From the IMG/VR virus record IMGVR_UViG_3300032272_000002, positions 96,001 through 160,000 of that record: DNA of 64,000 nucleotides. One strand, 5' to 3'. This document shows positions 56,920-64,000 of the stretch, one piece after another. The notes below the pieces were generated by a model. That model was not told where the DNA came from, searched no databases, and saw only the letters and a program-made list of their open reading frames with translations. Within the stretch, counting starts at the first letter, position 1. Every line of letters begins with the position of its first letter. The DNA comes from a virus. A program made the translations under genes and the position numbers.

Positions 56920-57459
56920 TTATCCTATCGTTCTATCTGTAGTAGGCTGTCCGGTAGACTTATTGATTTCTGTACCAAATACCATAAGATAACGACGAGT
57001 ACTAAAGCCAATTGGTCGTGTTTCATCAACACTATATCGTCTACCCTCAACTGAAAAGTTTAAGCAAGACTGCACATCGGGGAGTGCTTCAATAACTACA
57101 GTGAGTTGAATCTCATTGTCTTTCAGGTCACCAATGCCCTGATCGTCGTCAGCACCCTTTGGGCCAACACGAACATGTGCATCATAGTTCACGTCGCGAG
57201 GCACGTTACGAGTACCTTTATTCCGTGTATTAGTATTGGGTGCGGCTACGCCGCCAAAGAATGGATTGTATTGACTAGCCTGAGGCTGACCCTGGGTTGG
57301 GGTGTCCTGGACAACCTCAGGCTGTAAGTGAAATGTGACACTACGCCCTAGGTCAAGCTGAGCCTCATCCATAAATGAATGATAGATTCCTTCTAGAAAG
57401 CCGACATTAATAATGCCGCTCGCTGCACTTAGATCTTGACTGTTGGGCAGTTGTACCAT
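56920..57459 (-). CDS. Putative head closure / head-tail joining protein
   Basis: LGRSVTFH..VEGRRYSV pattern; synteny. Confidence 0.55.
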   Translation of the reverse strand: MVQLPNSQDLSAASGIINVGFLEGIYHSFMDEAQLDLGRSVTFHLQPEVVQDTPTQGQPQASQYNPFFGGVAAPNTNTRNKGTRNVPRDVNYDAHVRVGPKGADDDQGIGDLKDNEIQLTVVIEALPDVQSCLNFSVEGRRYSVDETRPIGFSTRRYLMVFGTEINKSTGQPTTDRTIG

Positions 57460-57460
57460 A

Positions 57461-59797
57461 TTATCCTCCTAGCTCTTGTAGAACAGCCAACAGGTGTGCC
57501 CTGCTAGTAAGTCTATCCAAGCCATCGCTTTCTAATTCATTCAGTAAGTTAGGAGTACCAAGATGTGTTTCCACAACTTTACGCATTGTAGGCTCTATAG
57601 GCGTGCCTGCGTATTGCTCCATGCCATACCCTAGTACATTGGCAACGTGATACGAGTCTTCCGGCACAACGTATTGCTCCGGAGGATGCTGGAAGTGACG
57701 ATTCCACATTGGCGTTGCAGGAGCAAGCGACCCAAGGGCCACGGTGTCCCACCAACCACCACCAGCAGGACCGCTGCCGTCTGGCTGCCATTTCCACAAG
57801 AAGATCCAAACACCGATCAAGCCAGTAATGCCCGCTACGCGGACGGCACTAGCCCTAACGATATCACGATTTTTAAACACCGAGCCATGCAGGCCACGAA
57901 TAGCATGCAGCATGAGTTGATGCTCATTAGGACGCTGAGTAGAATACATACCATTGAACTGGAAAGCTGTAATAGCCTTGCCAGAGAAATGACGGTCCCA
58001 TACTCCATTATCACCCTGGAGCGTCACAACAAGGTCCGCTACCGTATTGAACCAGTCTGTCCAGCGAGAACGCCAGTCGTCATCGGCAATGGCGAATCCG
58101 GCACAACATGCATCCACAACGTGTGCTTCTGCACGACCCCAGCCACCACCAGTATGTGGTCTGCTCAATGCCGTACCCAGCTTAGAATGAAAACGACCAC
58201 CAGGATTCTCGCCATAAGTCATACGCAACGTTTCACAGTGCATAAGAAGGTGACGCTTTGAGGCGTAGTCATTATCGAGCCAGATCATAGTACGCAAATC
58301 TTTTGCACGACGAACAAAGTGCTGGTCGTCAATAGGATCATGAGCACGGGTTCTATTCTCATACGATGGAGTCAAGCTATTACTTTGAACATAATTAACC
58401 TGAGTCTGGTCAGACATATCGAAGTCAAATGGCTCATCGTCATCTAGATGTTGATTGGGCCAGTTTTGGGCCTGGAACGTAGAATTAAACATACGCCACG
58501 GAGGAGTACCGTCTGGATTCAGATAGTCGTCCAACTCAATTGGCTTGCCACTCAATTCATAGATGTAGCCGCCGCGTTGACGATCACCATAGCGACGAGA
58601 CAAGGCTCTGTGGAAAAGCAGACCTTCCGGAATACCTGCCGAGAGAGCCTTGACACCTTCGAACTCATTAATCTCGACGCCGCCTGTCATGCCACCATAT
58701 GGGACACCAGCAGGGTTACGATAACCAAGTTGACCTTCGCCGCCACCACCAGATGAATAAGCCTGGCCATTGGCCAGCTCGCTATAGATGGTATTCTTAT
58801 CACCACGCACTTTCGATTCTAGATTGCTGACATGAGCTAGGCTGGGCATAACTGCCCGCTGAGCTTGATAGTTAGCTGTGGCTGGATTCTGCCAAGTCCA
58901 ATATCGCTCACCATTCTCTTCGCCATCACGAGTCACGCCCCAGCTCTTGTGCTCAGCCAGCTCTTGTGCCTCTTGACTTTTTCCGTCCTTATGAATGTAA
59001 AGACGCCAATCACGATTGTCCTTTTGAATCATAAGATGCATAGTGCCATCGGCATTGGGCTTTACTAGCGGAATGACTTTTTCGCTACCCTCTTCATAAG
59101 CAGATCCCATGAGTGGCTCTGGCCATTCGCTGATAGCATTCCAATTAGCTGGAACTACCAACTCTAATTCCTGAAAATAAATATCAGAAACAGGGCTGGG
59201 GACAAGGCCGTTGTGATAACTTAAAGTCAGCTCAAGAACATCTGTCTCGTCATCACGACCAATAATCACACATTGGAAAGCACCCAAATGCACCATGGCG
59301 TTTGTGGGACTACCTTTAGGGATCAGTGGGCGACAAACCTCAACAACGTTGCGAACACTTCCAATTCCAAGAATACGAACATCGCCAACCCCAGGGCCGA
59401 TATGAATACTTTCCTCGTACACGTTTCCGAAAACATCACGGGCACGCAGTCTCATTTTGTTCTCTGTAAAGATGAGATCCTTTACATCTTGAGAAGGAGA
59501 TTTCCAAGAACTTACTTGAGACTTTTCAATTACCTTAAACTGTTGGCGGGAGCCTACGGGCAGTCCATTACGGTCACAGCGGGCCATTAGCTGTGCTACT
59601 GCTACAAAACCATCGGGTGTGCGGGTTACAAGATTCCATTGAGTCGAAAGCTCTGTACCATCTGGGGCTACCAGAGTAAAGGGACATTCGCGACTCTTAG
59701 AATCAAACGTATAACCATCAGGCAGGGGAACATTTCCCCTGACTTCAAAGACATTAAGGTTAGGAACCTCGCATTCTATAATTGCCTTAGTATTCAT
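57461..59797 (-). CDS. Large protein with N-terminal beta domains and a probable alpha/alpha-toroid (polysaccharide lyase/hydrolase-like)
   Basis: Trp/His/Tyr-rich helical C-terminal half (GRAEAH, LQGDNGVW, HQLMLHAI); low SG content compared with neighbours. Confidence 0.4.
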   Translation of the reverse strand: MNTKAIIECEVPNLNVFEVRGNVPLPDGYTFDSKSRECPFTLVAPDGTELSTQWNLVTRTPDGFVAVAQLMARCDRNGLPVGSRQQFKVIEKSQVSSWKSPSQDVKDLIFTENKMRLRARDVFGNVYEESIHIGPGVGDVRILGIGSVRNVVEVCRPLIPKGSPTNAMVHLGAFQCVIIGRDDETDVLELTLSYHNGLVPSPVSDIYFQELELVVPANWNAISEWPEPLMGSAYEEGSEKVIPLVKPNADGTMHLMIQKDNRDWRLYIHKDGKSQEAQELAEHKSWGVTRDGEENGERYWTWQNPATANYQAQRAVMPSLAHVSNLESKVRGDKNTIYSELANGQAYSSGGGGEGQLGYRNPAGVPYGGMTGGVEINEFEGVKALSAGIPEGLLFHRALSRRYGDRQRGGYIYELSGKPIELDDYLNPDGTPPWRMFNSTFQAQNWPNQHLDDDEPFDFDMSDQTQVNYVQSNSLTPSYENRTRAHDPIDDQHFVRRAKDLRTMIWLDNDYASKRHLLMHCETLRMTYGENPGGRFHSKLGTALSRPHTGGGWGRAEAHVVDACCAGFAIADDDWRSRWTDWFNTVADLVVTLQGDNGVWDRHFSGKAITAFQFNGMYSTQRPNEHQLMLHAIRGLHGSVFKNRDIVRASAVRVAGITGLIGVWIFLWKWQPDGSGPAGGGWWDTVALGSLAPATPMWNRHFQHPPEQYVVPEDSYHVANVLGYGMEQYAGTPIEPTMRKVVETHLGTPNLLNELESDGLDRLTSRAHLLAVLQELGG

Positions 59798-60378
59798 TAG
59801 TTACTACTCTGAGATTGCATGATGCTCCGCTGATTGATATGCACCCTAATAAAACCTGGGGTAGCGATAAGAACTCGATCAGCGGGATTATTCTCCCAAA
59901 CAATTAGTTTGGAGACCGGATGTACAAACTGACGTGAAAAACCTAGCCCGCGATACGTCACCGTATGTGGATCGTTTTTTAATGAGCTAGTAAAATGTCC
60001 CACACGGACACCTCCGAATGACGCACTATTTGTAAAGGTGCCACTCGGTCCTGCGTATGCAGCATCTCCTGGAGAAGCCGAACCAATCAGATGTACCCAG
60101 TCGGTCTCGAAGTCGCCCTCAGTGGCGGCTCCAGCAGTACCAAATGGAATGTCAGTATTACGAATGCGTTGAGGATGATATTCCCTAGAGAAATTAACAT
60201 GCTCAATGTCATTCATCTGAACACCTAGGGGTCTACGCCCACTAGGGTTTGCTGCATATTCTACAATGGTAATGCCTGAAGCCGAACCAAAAGACAAAAT
60301 ACCGCCTCGCTCCTGAGTCCAGGGGCAGACGTTATCAATATTCATCTCAAGTTGTTCTCTAATTGGCCGGAGAGACAT
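59797..60378 (-). CDS. Head decoration protein paralog
   Basis: Shares ERGGILS, NF.R, RN and ATEG[DE]FxTDxV with 62707..63174. Confidence 0.7.
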   Translation of the reverse strand: MSLRPIREQLEMNIDNVCPWTQERGGILSFGSASGITIVEYAANPSGRRPLGVQMNDIEHVNFSREYHPQRIRNTDIPFGTAGAATEGDFETDWVHLIGSASPGDAAYAGPSGTFTNSASFGGVRVGHFTSSLKNDPHTVTYRGLGFSRQFVHPVSKLIVWENNPADRVLIATPGFIRVHINQRSIMQSQSSN

Positions 60379-60703
60379 TTCGCAATACCATTTTAATGTT
60401 TTCAACCTTCCGTTTAGATGGCCACTTACTCTCATAAGTAATATCTAGTGCGGACAGGATCTTATCTAATTTTTCACTTGGAAGATAACGAAGCTCACTG
60501 TATCGAAATGCCAACTCGGGGAACGGTCTATTAAACAGCTTAGTTAAATAACCTTCTCTATAAGTGGCATCTACCAAGACATCTTTATGTGCCTCATATA
60601 CTTCATACGGTAGATCGATTGGAGCACGATTCCAGTACATGCCAGGGATACGATATCTGCCTGCATGAATGATGCCGTTGGGGTTTTTGGCGTAGACTAG
60701 CAT
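60359..60703 (-). CDS. Hypothetical protein
   Basis: 114-aa ORF packed in the head-tail region. Confidence 0.65.
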   Translation of the reverse strand: MLVYAKNPNGIIHAGRYRIPGMYWNRAPIDLPYEVYEAHKDVLVDATYREGYLTKLFNRPFPELAFRYSELRYLPSEKLDKILSALDITYESKWPSKRKVENIKMVLRNVSPAN

Positions 60704-60704
60704 T

Positions 60705-61568
60705 TTACCAGATAAATTTTCCGTAATTGCCAGTCTGACGATTGAGGAACGCCTTGATGGCCGCTTCCAGTTCTTTCTCGCGAGTCTGTACGTCCAGGCG
60801 ATGCAGCGTGGTACGACTCTGTAGACGGCCAGCCGAGATGTCGATGGTCACACCATCAGCATTCTTAACCATAATACCGTCGTTCGCCAAAGATGAAGCA
60901 CCAGCAGCGAATGGACCAGATGCAGCAAAGCGTTTCCACGCTGAAGTCTCTGACGTGATAATGACATATTCCATCATGAGAATAATCAGATCACAAAGCT
61001 CGTCGTTGTTGGGAGTAATAGTACCCGCTTCTACATCTAGGGTCAGCTCTCCAACTTGAATACGAGGTCCACCGAAGTTACCCGGAATGCCCAGTGGGCG
61101 AGAGGTACGAGACAGTCCTAATCTCTGGTTCAGTCTACGAACAGATTTAATAAGTACCCTCTTCAGGAAGTCGTCGTCGAATGTGTTGCCATCGGGGTCT
61201 CCGATGTCGATTCGCACGGCTTCATAGATTGTACCCGTTTTGTCAGCGGCAGGAACGAAGCCAATAGAGATGGTGGCATCGTTGACGCAGAATGGCTCTG
61301 ACGCATTAACTAGGCTGCCACCAGCAGTGATAACGTCCCAGTCTACCCGCCACGTACCAAGCTGGAAACCAGCCGGGATCACGCCACTCGCTGTGTACGT
61401 ACCAAGAGCAGGATTAATAGCAATCCCACTAACGGCAGAGGCTCCAGCGGCGTCGAATAACTCAAACCCCACATACTGTCCACTGACGGCTACACCACCA
61501 GCCGATAGAAAAATATCAAGGCTAGTAGCGTCTGCACCTACAGTTAAAATTTTTGTCTCACCGGCCAT
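60705..61568 (-). CDS. Putative head-tail adaptor with N-terminal Ig-like (BppU-like) domain
   Basis: Beta-sandwich N-terminus (GTY..GTWRVDW), then VRIDIGD..FDDDFL, typical of connector proteins; follows the capsid gene. Confidence 0.6.
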   Translation of the reverse strand: MAGETKILTVGADATSLDIFLSAGGVAVSGQYVGFELFDAAGASAVSGIAINPALGTYTASGVIPAGFQLGTWRVDWDVITAGGSLVNASEPFCVNDATISIGFVPAADKTGTIYEAVRIDIGDPDGNTFDDDFLKRVLIKSVRRLNQRLGLSRTSRPLGIPGNFGGPRIQVGELTLDVEAGTITPNNDELCDLIILMMEYVIITSETSAWKRFAASGPFAAGASSLANDGIMVKNADGVTIDISAGRLQSRTTLHRLDVQTREKELEAAIKAFLNRQTGNYGKFIW

Positions 61569-61588
61569 AGCGGAACCTCCTGTCCTAA

Positions 61589-61600
61589 AGAGTACACTAA
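61589..61600 (-). promoter_or_regulatory. Putative late promoter motif TTAGTG-TACTCT
   Basis: Intergenic copy after the capsid terminator and before an AGGAGG RBS. Confidence 0.6.
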
Positions 61601-61601
61601 T

Positions 61602-61638
61602 AAAAAAGGCGGCAGGCCACCAAAGGTGACCTACCGCC
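61602..61638 (-). terminator. Rho-independent terminator after the major capsid gene
   Basis: GGCGGTAGGTCACC-TTT-GGTGGCCTGCCGCC followed by TTTTTT. Confidence 0.92.
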
Positions 61639-61660
61639 AGTACTAGGTTACTGACAAATT

Positions 61661-62692
61661 TTAGAATTCGCCAATAAGGACGCGACGAGGATCAAGGACG
61701 GCAAAGCCGTGCTCCATCCAGCCGTAGATACCAGCACGTTGCTGGCGGTACAGAGCCGGGTCTTCGTAAGTCTCAAGTTCCTTACGGATCGGCATCACGA
61801 AGCTGTCCATTGTGGACAGGTCGAGACCGATGCAGAACTCTTTGAGAGCCACAGACGAAACCGTCTGGTGACTACGACCAAGAGTAGTTTCGAGGAATTC
61901 CTCGTACTCTTGACCCTCACCGAACTCAGTCATTTCGTGGAGAACCACGCCATAGATCTGAGCCAGACCATACTCACGCGACACGAAGATTTCACGACGA
62001 GTGAACTCGTCAATTTCGTCTACGTCCCACGCACGGATGTCTTCCATCGCCTCAAGCGATAGATAAACGTCCGTCAATTTACCAGCGTTGCCGTTACCAC
62101 CCGCACCACGAGTCATGGCCGTCTTCATGCGAGAGATCAGTTCTTTGGTGAACTGTCCGCCCGCAGGAGTCGGAGCCAACGAAGACCCGGTGAAGGGAGC
62201 ACCGCCAAGTGCAGTCACGACAAGACCACGACCGTCAGCGGCACCGATGAGGGTACGCCAGCCGTCGCTGTTGATCTTGCGGACAAAGCCAGCTTCATAG
62301 ACTCGGATCGCACGCATAATAACGTCGAAACGAGCTTCTTCAGCGTACTTGATCGACCAGTCGATGGAGTTGGCGATGTTGAAGGTCGGAACCCACAACT
62401 CGTCACCTTCGACATGACGCTCAGGAACTCTACCCTGCTTGGGCATTGTGAAAGCGATGAAGTTATCTTCTTCGCCTGGCTTCACAAAGTCTAGCGGGTA
62501 GTTGGCTTGGGCTCCAGGTGCAAGCACCTGACGCTCATAAATACCACCAAGGTTATCACGATCAAAAACACCCTCACGCAGTGGCGACTGTAGCTCAGCG
62601 GCAAATGCACGCTGGGCGGCCAAACGAGTTCCCTCGTGCGGAGATGCCGTAGCACGGAGGGCTTCTCTTGCAGCTTCATTATAATGCTTCAT
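61661..62692 (-). CDS. Major capsid protein (HK97 fold)
   Basis: 343 aa, AAGGAGG RBS, followed by a terminator; E-loop-like PKQGRVPE and C-terminal GIYGWMEHGFAVLDP. Confidence 0.8.
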   Translation of the reverse strand: MKHYNEAAREALRATASPHEGTRLAAQRAFAAELQSPLREGVFDRDNLGGIYERQVLAPGAQANYPLDFVKPGEEDNFIAFTMPKQGRVPERHVEGDELWVPTFNIANSIDWSIKYAEEARFDVIMRAIRVYEAGFVRKINSDGWRTLIGAADGRGLVVTALGGAPFTGSSLAPTPAGGQFTKELISRMKTAMTRGAGGNGNAGKLTDVYLSLEAMEDIRAWDVDEIDEFTRREIFVSREYGLAQIYGVVLHEMTEFGEGQEYEEFLETTLGRSHQTVSSVALKEFCIGLDLSTMDSFVMPIRKELETYEDPALYRQQRAGIYGWMEHGFAVLDPRRVLIGEF

Positions 62693-62706
62693 TAGAATAC
62701 CTCCTT

Positions 62707-63174
62707 TTAAACGTCTACGCGGATTTTCAAGAATCCGTCGCTAGACACCGAACTTAAAACACGACCAATAAGTGGGCGGATGCCGAGAATATTGAGGCGA
62801 CTAACTTGACCGAGGTCGCCCAGATATAGAAGGTCACCGGGAGCATAAGTACCAACAGAAACGCCGTCTGCCGAAGCAGTTTCAACGAAGTCCGTCCAGA
62901 ACTCACCTTCCGTAGCAATGCCTACAACGCTGCCCTGAGGACTAACGTTACGCTGACGATACTCAGGGTGACGCATGAAGTTTAACGCTTCAACGTCGTC
63001 CAAAAGTAGACCAGCGGGCAACGCGATTTGACCAGAGGTCGCAGTCGCGTCAGCATATGCACATTCACCTTCTACGCCGGGGACGTAGGACAAGATACCG
63101 CCACGCTCAGCAACACCCGAAACAGTGCAATCGACGATTGTGTCGAATACCTGACGTTGTTGTAGTAGACCCAT
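62707..63174 (-). CDS. Head decoration / cement protein
   Basis: 155 aa immediately upstream of the capsid gene, strong RBS, PGDLLYL..G motif. Confidence 0.7.
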   Translation of the reverse strand: MGLLQQRQVFDTIVDCTVSGVAERGGILSYVPGVEGECAYADATATSGQIALPAGLLLDDVEALNFMRHPEYRQRNVSPQGSVVGIATEGEFWTDFVETASADGVSVGTYAPGDLLYLGDLGQVSRLNILGIRPLIGRVLSSVSSDGFLKIRVDV

Positions 63175-63188
63175 ATTAGATCCTCCTT

Positions 63189-64000
63189 TTACTGAACTTC
63201 AGAGCCTTCGCTCTGGGTTTCATCTTTTTCCGTATCCGTAACAATCGATGCAAGAGATGCAAAGGCTGCACGAACGTCATCAACTTCTTCATCACCAACC
63301 TGAGAAGCACCGGCAAGATTAACGTCATTACCTTCAGGCTGTGCATTATTCAGCTCATCGGTAAGGTCGTCCCCGGCAGCACTTCCGGCCACTTTGTGGC
63401 GAAGCAGTACACTTTTTAGACTCGTTGAGCTAAGACCGCTCGAAACGTCTGCACCACCTGGATGGTTCATCAACATTTCTTCGCCTTCTGCACCCATGCG
63501 GGCCTCTAGAAGATTACGGAAGCCTTCACCGGCCTCTGCGTCCTTCTTATCTTCTTTCTTATCCTTGTCTTTACCTTTCTTCAGGAAGTCAGGCTTCCCA
63601 GCGGCTTGGACAAGATCAATTGCTAGAAGTTCTTTCTCTGCCATCCAATCTGCAAAGGTTTCGTCGTCATACGACTTGGCCTTCGAGACCAGAGCATCAA
63701 CGTGATCTTCCGGCAGCACACCGTCAAACAGGGCACGGACCTGAGCTTCGCGAGCAGCTTCCGCTGCCACGGCCAGTTCGGCTTCCAGTTCATCGGCACG
63801 AGATGCCTTGATACGTAGTTCAGCAACGCTAGTACCAATCCAAGCCAGCTTTGCAGCGAACTTGTCTTCAGCACCATCGATAGCAGAAATTTCAGACGGG
63901 GTACTCGAAGTAGCACCGGCTTCAACATTCTCTGCAACGAGTTCAGTAAGAGCCACATCAAGTGCCTCGAACGACTCATTAAGAGAAGTCAATTCCGCGT
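63189..64000 (-). CDS. Capsid scaffold (C-terminal part; may be fused to a prohead protease), 5' end outside the window
   Basis: Very acidic, Ala-rich coiled coil with KPDFLKKGKDKDKKED; frame is open to the window edge. Confidence 0.6.
   Translation of the reverse strand, partial: AELTSLNESFEALDVALTELVAENVEAGATSSTPSEISAIDGAEDKFAAKLAWIGTSVAELRIKASRADELEAELAVAAEAAREAQVRALFDGVLPEDHVDALVSKAKSYDDETFADWMAEKELLAIDLVQAAGKPDFLKKGKDKDKKEDKKDAEAGEGFRNLLEARMGAEGEEMLMNHPGGADVSSGLSSTSLKSVLLRHKVAGSAAGDDLTDELNNAQPEGNDVNLAGASQVGDEEVDDVRAAFASLASIVTDTEKDETQSEGSEVQ

Noticed and set aside
57647-58261. 204-aa plus-strand ORF
   Set aside because: Antisense to a 778-aa gene, with no supporting features.
1-64000. 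tRNA/rRNA genes or stop-codon reassignment
   Set aside because: Intergenic gaps are short with no cloverleaf recognised. Standard-code ORFs tile the window and TAA, TAG and TGA all act as stops.

Overview
A 64-kb segment of a large dsDNA tailed bacteriophage genome. Every credible gene is on the minus strand and densely packed, often with ATGA/TAATG stop-start overlaps. In transcription order (right to left) there are three blocks. (1) Virion morphogenesis, 64.0-30.9 kb: partial scaffold, head decoration, major capsid, neck, major tail protein, chaperones, tape measure, baseplate, and a LamG/PKD adhesin. (2) Replication and expression, 30.8-19.1 kb: RecA, DnaB, DnaG, a Cas4/RecB-like nuclease, ClpP, DnaE, SSB and a sigma-70 factor. 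(3) A glycan-synthesis island of at least 19 kb running off the left edge: about 11 glycosyltransferases, 2 methyltransferases, a sulfotransferase, a nucleotidyltransferase/HAD/phosphodiesterase trio, IMPDH/GMPR, a glycoside hydrolase-like protein and GDP-fucose synthase. Three signals stand out. Ser-Gly dipeptides are enriched in exposed virion proteins but not in the capsid or tape measure, which with the glycan island suggests a proteoglycan-like virion O-glycosylation system. Four unrelated small proteins share a C-terminal F-x-[LI]-x-G-A-L* tag. A TTAGTG-TAnnnT motif recurs upstream of late genes and is a candidate promoter for the phage sigma. All calls come from manual motif recognition and hand counts; no database searches were run.
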